From: Vampirovibrionaceae bacterium NZW_1234
Lineage (GTDB): Bacteria; Cyanobacteriota; Vampirovibrionia; Vampirovibrionales; JAGQHJ01
Direction of reading: 5' to 3'
Length of the DNA: 27,651 bases
NCBI GenBank assembly: GCA_041697335.1
Contig: JBGUGD010000034.1
Location: 1 to 27,651, forward strand
The notes beneath the pieces were generated by a model. The model was not told where the DNA came from, did no database searches, and was given only the letters and a program-made list of their open reading frames with translations. This document shows, piece by piece, positions 17,423 to 25,668 of this stretch (positions are counted from its first letter, which is position 1; each line of letters begins with the position of its first letter). Made by a program: the position numbers and the translations under genes.

Positions 17423-19819
17423 CTAGGATGTGGCGGGAAGTGACAGAATGCTCAGCAGCTGGCGTGCAGCTGCTACTTTCCCCGGAGAGGTCTGGGAGAG
17501 CACTTCGGGCCAAACAGCCTCAATATTAAAATACGCCTGTACGCCCTTGCCGAGGGTCGGATCAATTTGATAAGCCTCTTGCACGATGTTGGCCATCTCC
17601 AACAACGAGGGGGTCTTGTTGGTTCGCACCCCGGCATAGGGCTGCTTTTGGGAATTGAGGATCGGCTCACCCATGAGCGCCTCATCATCGCCTTCGAAAA
17701 TGAAGGGCTGCATGGCACTGGCAACCGCCTGTTGTTCCATGCGGGTCAGGGGCTGCTTCATATAGATGGTTACAGGATCGGTGCGTTGCCAGTGCTTTTC
17801 GTGGACCGGGACTTTGTAGGCAAACTTGTATTGTTTGGCGAGCTTATCCAGGGCCTCGATGGCCTGGGGTGAGGCGACGCTTCTGACGGAAACCCGGTAT
17901 TGTCCCATGGACTTTCCACTGAGGACCTCTGCCAGGATTTCTTCAGGCAAACGATACTGCCAGGGGCCATTCTCTCGGGGCAAGGCGACGACACCATCAC
18001 CCTCTTCCTGGGACACCAGGGCGGTGGTGAAGGGATTATGTTCGATGCCCTGAAGCGAGGCATTTGGGATAGGGCGCCCTAGGCGACGAATGTCGGCGTA
18101 CATGCAGTCCAGCAAGGTGGGAATGGCGTCGTCCGGGCGATTAATCCCAAGGCCCTCGTTGAGGATCTTTCGTTGAAGGGTCTGAAGGTTCTGACGCGCC
18201 TGGATGGACTGCGGAGAATCCGTCACCGGCGTATTCTCAATCAGGGACCGATAATACCGGCTTTCAACCAGTTCCAGGGCAATCTCGAGCTTGAAGATCT
18301 CAACCATATGCCGTTTTTTGACCGATGGTTTAATGTCAAAGGTTTTGGCCAGGTACAGTTCATATTGGCGCCGACGTTCTTCCAATCGGGCGCAGGTAGC
18401 CTGGTGGTGACGTTGGATCGCGTCCAGTTGTTGACTCGGAGGCAGGGCATCCAATTTCGTTTCCATCTTGGCCCCGGCCTGGCGACGTTGTTGAATCTCA
18501 CGCTCCAGGGTGGCCACTTCTTTTTGCAAGGCTTTAAAGGCTTCATCCTGGGTCTTGTCGAGGCGTTGGGACTCCAGCTCGTATTTCTTCTTGCGGAGTT
18601 CATGATCCAACACCATGGCTTCCACCCAGGTCTGATCCAGTTCCTGTTGGATCGTCAGCGCCTCTTCCACCGAGAGCTTTTTCCGGGAGGCTTTCTTGGG
18701 TTGGGCATCGGGTGAGAGGACCAGGGGCTCAATTTCCAGTCGCTGCCCTTCCAGGCGCTTGTCCAGCCATTGATGGAAGATTTGACTCAACACCGGCAGC
18801 TTGGCCCGGTTATAGGCCTGGGCTTTCTGGTTGCGCTCGGCGCGGGCAGCCTCAATCCGGTTCAGGGAAACCTCCATTTGCTGGCGCAAGTCGTCGGGAA
18901 TGGCCATATGACGGTAGACGTAGGGTGCCTTGGCATCATCGAAGGTCCGGTAGGCCTGCTCACTTTCAGACAGGGCAGCTTCGGCGGCTTTATAGTCACC
19001 AAAGGCCGCTTCAAACGTCTGCATCATTCTATCCTGCTCTTGCTGGCGACGGTCCACAGCTCTTTTCAGAATGAAGAAGCCACCAAAGGGGTGTGACTTG
19101 ACTTCGGTGGGCGTGTCCTTTTTGGTGGACCGGGCAAGGGCATTCTGAGAAGGTGTCTTGGCCCGTTTTGCCTTGGCTTCGGAGGGTGTGGGGGGTGGCG
19201 GCGTTGTTTCCGGCGTCGGTTCCGGTACGTGTGCAGACGGCTCCTGCTCGGAAGGCAGTGGGGGAGAATCCTGCCCCTGGGAAGGTGCCTCGCTCTCGGC
19301 GGGGGCTTGAGGCCGTTCCAAAGCCTGCTGCTCCGGTTGAGCCTGGAGAGGTTCCTGGTCCACCCGAGGGGCGGGTTGCCAGGCCTTGGCCCGGATTTTC
19401 ACATAGTCATCGAAGGCCTGTAAATCGGCATCCATCCAGTCGCTTTCCAGGTACATCCGGGGGGCTTCCGGGGGTTGTCGTCTCGCCCAAGCCTCACATC
19501 GCCGATTGATATACTCCATAAAGAGGCGGTGGTCCCTCATGTACTCGGGACTGGAGTAGTAGGTCTCCGATGAGCTGGGCGGCAAGGGCAAGAGCTTTTC
19601 CGGATGGGTGTCGAGCCAAAGGGCGCAGTCACCGGTTTCGATGAGATTCTGCTCGTGAAGGCCCGACTGGCGTTGAAAGCGATCTGTGGGCATGCCCACC
19701 GGCATCGGGTCTCGTGTCTGCAGGGGCGGGGGGCCGACCAGGTCTTTTTTACGACGTGTGTTTTTCGGTTGAATGCCAAAGCGGATGGCCGAATCGGGGG
19801 AAAGCGGGCGCATGAACAT
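17423..19819 (-). CDS. Large hypothetical protein: RFG leader, Pro-rich linker, long coiled coil, C-terminal HopA1/phosphothreonine-lyase-like domain (tentative)
   Basis: Likely ATG 19819 (MFMRPLSPDSAIRFG). PEPTPETTPPPP linker and E/Q/K/R-rich helices. C-terminal YRVSV...AYKVP...WQRTDPVTIY. Confidence 0.7.
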   Translation of the reverse strand: MFMRPLSPDSAIRFGIQPKNTRRKKDLVGPPPLQTRDPMPVGMPTDRFQRQSGLHEQNLIETGDCALWLDTHPEKLLPLPPSSSETYYSSPEYMRDHRLFMEYINRRCEAWARRQPPEAPRMYLESDWMDADLQAFDDYVKIRAKAWQPAPRVDQEPLQAQPEQQALERPQAPAESEAPSQGQDSPPLPSEQEPSAHVPEPTPETTPPPPTPSEAKAKRAKTPSQNALARSTKKDTPTEVKSHPFGGFFILKRAVDRRQQEQDRMMQTFEAAFGDYKAAEAALSESEQAYRTFDDAKAPYVYRHMAIPDDLRQQMEVSLNRIEAARAERNQKAQAYNRAKLPVLSQIFHQWLDKRLEGQRLEIEPLVLSPDAQPKKASRKKLSVEEALTIQQELDQTWVEAMVLDHELRKKKYELESQRLDKTQDEAFKALQKEVATLEREIQQRRQAGAKMETKLDALPPSQQLDAIQRHHQATCARLEERRRQYELYLAKTFDIKPSVKKRHMVEIFKLEIALELVESRYYRSLIENTPVTDSPQSIQARQNLQTLQRKILNEGLGINRPDDAIPTLLDCMYADIRRLGRPIPNASLQGIEHNPFTTALVSQEEGDGVVALPRENGPWQYRLPEEILAEVLSGKSMGQYRVSVRSVASPQAIEALDKLAKQYKFAYKVPVHEKHWQRTDPVTIYMKQPLTRMEQQAVASAMQPFIFEGDDEALMGEPILNSQKQPYAGVRTNKTPSLLEMANIVQEAYQIDPTLGKGVQAYFNIEAVWPEVLSQTSPGKVAAARQLLSILSLPATS

Positions 19820-19890
19820 GTCAGAGAAGTATCCTATCGTTGCTACCCGATCAACGGTCCTCAAGGCCCCAAAGTGCCGGGTGGGGCCAA

Positions 19891-19908
19891 AATGTTAAGA
19901 AATGTAAC
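19891..19908 (-). promoter_or_regulatory. HLR1-like direct repeat (candidate OmpR/RpaB-type site)
   Basis: Minus strand GTTACATT-TC-TTAACATT, 1 mismatch to the HLR1 consensus; an AT-rich patch in otherwise GC-rich DNA. Confidence 0.4.
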
Positions 19909-19970
19909 AAACCGAACCGTTTGGCCGGAGGTGCGTGTCGCCGGGGCAGCGCCAGTCCAAGCTGAAGCGC

Positions 19971-20975
19971 TTAGAGGTAGTGCTTCTCCGTCATCCAGTC
20001 CCGAAGCTCCACTTCAACCCGGCGGATCTGGTCCGCCGTCAACTCGTCATTGTAGCGCCCGGCATGACTGGCACTCAGGTCCTGTTTCAGCATGGCGGGG
20101 TGAAAGTCCAACTCCAGGAAGTCACACAGATGACGCAGTGTCGCCTCGGGTGCCGCAACCAGGTCTTCCAGGCGAAGCTCGCAATAGGACTCTGCGGGGA
20201 GGGTCTCCCGAAGAGCGCACCAGCTTCGAATTTGTCCGGCCACAACCTGAATGTTGACATCCCCCTGATGACTGGCCCAAACCTGCTTGCCGTAAGAGGC
20301 GATGACATCCCGAGGGTCTCGAAGCATGTGGATCAGCTTCATCTGGGGATACATCGACAGCAGGAAGTCAGCGCCCAGAAAGTTTCGGGGTGTGTCATCC
20401 AACCAGCGGCGCTTATTAAATTGGGCCAGGGGGGCGGCATACAGCTCATCCAGGAATTCCCGGAAAAGGGCCAGCAGCTCGGCCCGCTCGAATGGACGCG
20501 TGATATAAAACGGGTTCAAAGCCCCGTAGGAGGTTAACTGCCCTTCGGTATCGGTATAGATAAGTAGTTTCTGGACCAGGCGTGCCACACAGGCATCGTA
20601 ATGGGCGAGGCCAATGCGGGCAATGGGGACATGACAGGAATACCGCACGCCGGGGAAATATTTCAAGATGAGTCGCTCGTGTCGGGGGCCCAGCACCTTG
20701 GCCAGCAAACGTAATGCCGGATGATGGTAACCCGGTTCCCGGAGTTGTTGGGCATAGAAGATAAACTGCTTCAAGGCATGGTGGCCTTCAAAAGGCCCCC
20801 AGCGATGGGTAAGTGAGTCGGCCAAGCCCATCAGGCCCATGGTTTCCACGGTCAGCTTGATCTCATTGGCCGTGCTGAGAACATCGGGGTGTTGATCCAG
20901 GATCACTGACAGCACCGTGGTCCCGGAGCGTCCGGTACCGCCGATAAATATGGGTTTATCCAGATCCGGGGTCAT
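19971..20975 (-). CDS. Sulfotransferase family protein
   Basis: 5'-PSB PIFIGGTGRSGTT, RWLDDTPRN, 3'-PB KLIHMLRDPRDVIAS, LRLEDLVAAPEATLRHLCDFL. Confidence 0.9.
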   Translation of the reverse strand: MTPDLDKPIFIGGTGRSGTTVLSVILDQHPDVLSTANEIKLTVETMGLMGLADSLTHRWGPFEGHHALKQFIFYAQQLREPGYHHPALRLLAKVLGPRHERLILKYFPGVRYSCHVPIARIGLAHYDACVARLVQKLLIYTDTEGQLTSYGALNPFYITRPFERAELLALFREFLDELYAAPLAQFNKRRWLDDTPRNFLGADFLLSMYPQMKLIHMLRDPRDVIASYGKQVWASHQGDVNIQVVAGQIRSWCALRETLPAESYCELRLEDLVAAPEATLRHLCDFLELDFHPAMLKQDLSASHAGRYNDELTADQIRRVEVELRDWMTEKHYL

Positions 20976-21036
20976 CGATTGAAGGCTCTCTCTACTTTAT
21001 TATGATCATCATCATCTGTTGTGTCGCCAGGACGGC

Positions 21037-21795
21037 TCAGACATCGCGCTTAATGACGGCGGGAATGCCGGTGACCACCTTTCGGGGCGGGACATCCTTG
21101 GTCACCAGGGCTGAAGCACCCACCACGGCAGATTCGCCAATGGTGACGGCCGGGAAAATATTGGCCGAAGAGCCCACAGCGACTCCATTTTCGATACACG
21201 GTCCCTGAATGGCCTCGTCCGAATAGCCGGTTTTGCCTATCTGGTTGTCGTTGACGGTGCTCACCAGGATGCTGATGAAGACATCGTCGCCAATACGGGT
21301 GTTTCCCGTAATATGGGTCAGGTCCATAATCTTGGTCCGATTGCCGATGGTGACGTTGTAGTTCAACGTCACGTAGCGGCTGATAATGCAGTAGTCGCCG
21401 ATACGCGCCTTTTCCCGAATCGAGGCGCCATCGCCGATGAGTGTATTTCGGCCAAGCACCACGTCGTAATAGATCACGGCATGCGGGCCTATGGAGCAGC
21501 TCTCCCCAATCACAATCCGGCGTTCAAACTCCGGTGTGCGTGCCGTTGCGCCAGCCCCTTTGGGAACCTTGCCCAGGTAGGCCCCGGGAAAGACTTCCAC
21601 GTTGTCGCCCAGGGTTACGCCGGACTCAATCACCACGTGCGGGTGAATGATGACATTATTGCCGATGACGACACCTTCTCGAATAACGGCAAAGGGGTGA
21701 ACCGTGACGTTTTGGCCAATACGGTCGGTTTCGACAACCGCAAGGTCACTGATACGGGTTTCGTGTTGAACGTCCGACTCACTCAATCCTGCCAC
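21037..21795 (-). CDS. Hexapeptide-repeat (LbH) acyltransferase, nucleotide-sugar N-acetyltransferase-like
   Basis: Repeats IGQNVTVHPFAVIREGVVIGNNVIIHPHVVI; C-terminal IGESAVVGASALVTKDVPPRKVVTGIPA. Confidence 0.88.
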   Translation of the reverse strand: MAGLSESDVQHETRISDLAVVETDRIGQNVTVHPFAVIREGVVIGNNVIIHPHVVIESGVTLGDNVEVFPGAYLGKVPKGAGATARTPEFERRIVIGESCSIGPHAVIYYDVVLGRNTLIGDGASIREKARIGDYCIISRYVTLNYNVTIGNRTKIMDLTHITGNTRIGDDVFISILVSTVNDNQIGKTGYSDEAIQGPCIENGVAVGSSANIFPAVTIGESAVVGASALVTKDVPPRKVVTGIPAVIKRDV

Positions 21796-21899
21796 AGGGC
21801 TGCTCCTTCTTCTATTTGGCTTAATCTGGCTTGATCCGGCTTTGACCTGACCGCCAGGGGGGCAACAATACCGGGTATGCTCCCCAAGCCTTGCTAATG

Positions 21900-21908
21900 A
21901 TTATAGCA
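21900..21908 (-). promoter_or_regulatory. Extended -10 promoter element for the acyltransferase-sulfotransferase pair
   Basis: Minus strand TGCTATAAT, about 105 nt upstream of GTG 21795; no recognisable -35. Confidence 0.45.
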
Positions 21909-21960
21909 CCCCTATAGGGCCGGAGGGCGTTATGGACGCCAAGCCGACGGGGAATGCCTG

Positions 21961-22203
21961 ACGCGTGAATTTCGCGTGATTTGCGCGTGAATGACGCGTG
22001 TTTTGGACGGAATTCCGCCATTTTCACGCGTAATTCACGCGAACACGCGCGTGAATTGCGCGTGAATCCGGCCCAGCCCTTCGGATGCCCCGAAACGCCA
22101 AAACCCTTTCTAATAAAGCATTTTGGCGATCCACTCCGGGTTTACAAGGGGGGTTTTCACGCGTAAAATGCGATTTTGGTCGATTTTCACGCGAATTTAC
22201 GCG
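21961..22203. repeat. Array of CGCGTG/CACGCG repeats with 11-bp periodicity
   Basis: CGCGTG at 21962, 21973, 21984, 21995, 22048, 22059. CACGCG at 22025, 22036, 22044, 22158, 22188. Degenerate copy at 22198. Confidence 0.8.
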
Positions 22204-22607
22204 TTTTTCCGCGCTCTTCGAGATTTGCCCCAAACTCAGGTGTGGCAGATAGATCGAGGCAGCAAATAAGATCTTCGCTTTATGTTTCGGGGATTTTGAC
22301 ATCGGCAAGGTTCTACAAAGCTATCATTATATAATTATTATATATCAAGAATCGCTCAGAGCCGCTGTATTTAAGGTTTTCTTAAGATTCCATGGGCTCT
22401 AGTTCTTTCCTAGCAAGGCTTTATAGATTTCGAAATTCACCATAAGCTCTCCCCTATAGGCCGGGAAGCGTTTGACTTGCGATGTCTAATGCTATTGGCT
22501 GTTTTTAAAGATGATCCGGTCTTGAGACCGGGGGAGGCAATTTTGCAACGGACCTGGATTTTATTACGACAATCGTATATTAGCTTGAAAACTCTGGGAG
22601 ATTTTCG

Positions 22608-23813
22608 ATGGCTGGACTCGAACCGCTTTCCCTTGCGCGAACGCAAAGAAGCCTTACCCGTTTCTCGGCAACATCCCCAACACGAACCACACCAAATCCA
22701 CCGCGCTTTGGGGTGTTTGGCTATAGTGACCCGCCGGATAAAGTCGACTTCGATAACGCCATCAAGCTTGCCCAAGGGCAAATCATTTTGGTCAATTCGC
22801 CTGACAGTATTGAAGGCAAAACCCGGGAACTCTTAATCTCCGCAGCGAACCAAGGAAGAGACACCTTTCAATATCTGGTCGGCCTGACCTTTCGTGACGG
22901 TGTGGGCATGCTAAAGCCCGACTGGGCCTTGGCCCGGCATTATTTATCCCTGGCCAAAGACAATTACCCCTTCAAGGCGTTGTCGGCATGTATGCAATTT
23001 GAATATGGCAAATCCTATGCCTTGGGCGTGATGACTGCACAACCGGCACCACTGCACCATACCCTGATGCGAAAGTTAAAGCTGCTTCATTGGACCAAAC
23101 CGGCCCGCCAGGCGCAGACGTATCTGGATGCCTCGGTTCAGTCCATTCTTGCTCAAGGCCATGCCCCAGGCTTGGGCCTCAGAGAAGCACGAAATGCTCA
23201 AATGGTCTTTGAGACGGCAGGATTTTACCAGACCGGTGCCCGATATTTGCCTCAGAACCCGGGTCGGGCCAAAGCCTTGTGGATGACACTTGCTGAATTT
23301 GCTCTTACCCAGCCCACCGAAGGCTTACCAATTAAGGATTGGCCTGTAAAGGCATTTGAGCGATTTTACAGTGACTTTGATCAAAAAGAAGGGCACGCAG
23401 AACGTGAGAAACTGACATGGGCAGATTACAAAACCTATCCCATGGTGATGGTGGCCAATGCCTTGGCCTCGCACCGAGAGTTGGAGACGGCCCAGAAGCT
23501 GTTGGCATTGGTATCTAAGACCGGTGGGCCATTGGCTCGGTTTGAAGCCGGAAAGGGGTTATTGGCCCTGGGCTATAAAAACGAGGCCGTGGAGACGTTT
23601 CATTCCATCGTAAACCGCCATAATGGCAGCCTGAAATACACTCTTGGGGCCTTTAAACAGTTGGAGGCGCTGACGTCGGACAAAAACAAGCTCTATGCAC
23701 TGCGTCAGAGCATGGCCGACTACCTCAAGAGCTGTGTGATGGATGCCGCGTTCAACAAACAATCTCGGGATCAGGCCAAAGACGAGTTTGAGCGTCTTTC
23801 AAAATTAATCTAG
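22608..23813 (+). CDS. Hypothetical helical-repeat protein with Sel1-like repeats and RF leader
   Basis: GGGAG RBS. Sel1-like FQYLVGLTFRDGVGMLKPDWALARHYLSLA and AGFYQTGARYLPQNPGRAKALW. Leader ...LTRFSA...PPRFG. Confidence 0.7.
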   Translation: MAGLEPLSLARTQRSLTRFSATSPTRTTPNPPRFGVFGYSDPPDKVDFDNAIKLAQGQIILVNSPDSIEGKTRELLISAANQGRDTFQYLVGLTFRDGVGMLKPDWALARHYLSLAKDNYPFKALSACMQFEYGKSYALGVMTAQPAPLHHTLMRKLKLLHWTKPARQAQTYLDASVQSILAQGHAPGLGLREARNAQMVFETAGFYQTGARYLPQNPGRAKALWMTLAEFALTQPTEGLPIKDWPVKAFERFYSDFDQKEGHAEREKLTWADYKTYPMVMVANALASHRELETAQKLLALVSKTGGPLARFEAGKGLLALGYKNEAVETFHSIVNRHNGSLKYTLGAFKQLEALTSDKNKLYALRQSMADYLKSCVMDAAFNKQSRDQAKDEFERLSKLI

Positions 23814-23836
23814 CCCCCTTTCAAAACGAATATTGT

Positions 23837-24139
23837 CTACGTCCGCGGGCCGATACGCTGGGTCCAATCCCGGGTTTCGAACTCCTTGAGCAGGTCGGCA
23901 TCGGCAATGGGAGCTTTCCCCTGACGTTTGGCCAACATATTGTGGGTTGCCCGCTCCTGGCGGTAAAGGTTCTTGACCACATCGGGGGATTTTTGGATAC
24001 GCTGGGCCAGGGCCTCCAGGGCCGCTTCCTGGTCCGGGGTGAGAACAACTTTATTGAGTTCCTGGACAAAGGGGCTGAGCGGCATCCCGGCAAAGCGCTT
24101 GGCCGATGCCAGATGAGGTGTCGGGGTCAGGATCATCAT
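23837..24139 (-). CDS. Small hypothetical protein (about 100 aa) with RF leader
   Basis: GGAGG RBS 9 nt before ATG 24139; MMILTPTPHLASAKRFAG. Confidence 0.65.
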   Translation of the reverse strand: MMILTPTPHLASAKRFAGMPLSPFVQELNKVVLTPDQEAALEALAQRIQKSPDVVKNLYRQERATHNMLAKRQGKAPIADADLLKEFETRDWTQRIGPRT

Positions 24140-24231
24140 GAAAGGCAACCTCCGGATTGGATAAACCAGGTGCGTATCCTAGCACAAAATAAACAGGCAA
24201 TACAGACCGAAGCGACGGCCAGAGAGAGGGC

Positions 24232-24260
24232 TTGCAAAACCACCAGGCTCTTGGCATAAT
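24232..24260 (+). promoter_or_regulatory. sigma70-type promoter for pip
   Basis: TTGCAA-N17-CATAAT with TG at the extended position, about 42 nt upstream of ATG 24303. Confidence 0.55.
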
Positions 24261-24302
24261 CGGGGGACTTTTATTGGGGAACAACGGTTGGGGAGTCGAA
24301 AA

Positions 24303-25598
24303 ATGAACATTTCAAACAGCATGACCGCGGTGCGGTTTTCCAGCACCCGAAAAGCACCTTTGCTCAAGAGAACGGCAGCTTTGGCCGTGGTGGCCGGTAG
24401 TGTGGCCCTGGGCTATGGCGTGGGACGCCATATGAGCACCCCGCATGTCGGCAACCCTCCTTCGGTGCCCCAAACCGTTATCACCCCAAAGGTTGAAGAG
24501 GCCGATCCCGTGGAGGCACTCCTCTACCCGCCCAGTAAACCTTTTAAAACCCACATGCTCCCGGTTTCCAAAATCCACACCATTTATGTGGAAGAGTCCG
24601 GAAACCCCAACGGCTACCCGGTGTTCTACCTGCACGGCGGCCCCGGGGCCGGATTAAGCGACTACTACCAGCGCATGTTCGATCCGAAGTTCTTCCATAT
24701 TATTGGCTTTGAACAACGGGGCTGCGGACGAAGCACGCCCCTGGGTGACCTGCGGGAAAACACCACCTGGGAACTGGTGGATGATATCCAGCGCATCCGC
24801 AAGGCCCTGAACATCGACAAGAAGAAGTATTTGATTTTTGGGGGCTCCTGGGGCAGCCTTTTGGCCCTGGCGGCAGCCCAGAAACATCCGGAAGACGTGA
24901 GTGGTGTTATTATGCGGGGCATTTCCCTGGGGCGCCCCCAGGACACCGCCTGGTCCACCCAGGTTGGGCGCGGCATGCTGTGCAAATATCCCGAAGCCGG
25001 GGAGTATCTGGCCGAATTCCTGAAGGATCACCCCTTTCATGAAGAGGACATCCGGCTGGGACGCGACCCGATGCTGGGGGTCTTCGATCGGATTTTTAAC
25101 GACCCCACTATCTCGGAATACGAGCGCTTGCGGGCCGTCAAATACTGGAACCTGGCCTCCTCTTATATCCCCGGCGAGGATCTGGCCAAGCGCGATGCCG
25201 AAAAACCGGTAATGGCCTATGCCGAAAACCTGCACTCGGCCAAGATCGTCTGCCGCTACTACTATATGAACGGGTTTATGGACCCGGCGGATCAGCTTCT
25301 CAAGGACGTCCATAAAATGCGAAACATCCCCCATATTGCCGTGTATAACGGTCGAGAGGACGAGAATACGCCTGCCCTCAGAGCCTGGGAAGTGCATAAA
25401 GCCCTGAAAAAAGCGGGCATTGCCCATGACTTCAAAATCCTGGAAGAGGCCGGTCATTCTGCGTGGCGGATGCCGATGGCCAAAGCCCTCATCGACTCGG
25501 TCAAGCAATTCCAGACCCGGGAAGAGCGTCGGCTTGCTCTGGCCGAAGCACACCCCCCGGCCAAGCCGGTGATGCATAATCCCTTTCGTCGGCCGTAA
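24303..25598 (+). CDS. pip: Proline iminopeptidase (S33, alpha/beta hydrolase) with N-terminal extension
   Basis: IYVEESGNPNG, LHGGPG, FEQRGCGRSTP, ENTTWELVDDI, GGSWGS nucleophile, GRED, AGHS. ATG 24303 after GGGAG. Confidence 0.88.
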   Translation: MNISNSMTAVRFSSTRKAPLLKRTAALAVVAGSVALGYGVGRHMSTPHVGNPPSVPQTVITPKVEEADPVEALLYPPSKPFKTHMLPVSKIHTIYVEESGNPNGYPVFYLHGGPGAGLSDYYQRMFDPKFFHIIGFEQRGCGRSTPLGDLRENTTWELVDDIQRIRKALNIDKKKYLIFGGSWGSLLALAAAQKHPEDVSGVIMRGISLGRPQDTAWSTQVGRGMLCKYPEAGEYLAEFLKDHPFHEEDIRLGRDPMLGVFDRIFNDPTISEYERLRAVKYWNLASSYIPGEDLAKRDAEKPVMAYAENLHSAKIVCRYYYMNGFMDPADQLLKDVHKMRNIPHIAVYNGREDENTPALRAWEVHKALKKAGIAHDFKILEEAGHSAWRMPMAKALIDSVKQFQTREERRLALAEAHPPAKPVMHNPFRRP

Positions 25599-25668
25599 CG
25601 GGTTCCGAAAGCCGGGCAGTATAATAAAGAAGTAAGCGCCCCGATATTGCCAAGAGGTTCCCGCTCGG

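Noticed and set aside
16936..17529. ORFs 16936-17187 and 17203-17529 (+)
   Set aside because: No clear RBS, atypical composition, and overlap with the upstream region of the small-gene operon and the 3' end of the large gene.
19865..19888. Terminator GGCCCCA-N10-TGGGGCC
   Set aside because: Large loop and no U-tract on the sulfotransferase strand; a hairpin only.
21961..22203. CRISPR array
   Set aside because: Units are 11 bp in mixed orientation with no unique 25-45 nt spacers, and no cas genes are in the window.
21821..22308. ORFs 21821-22027, 21981-22166 and 22024-22308
   Set aside because: No convincing RBS, Arg-rich translations produced by the DNA repeats, and the repeat period is not a multiple of 3.
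22315..22350. dif site or oriC unwinding element
   Set aside because: AT-rich but does not fit the XerC/XerD ATAA-N6-TTAT arms, and no DnaA-box cluster was seen.
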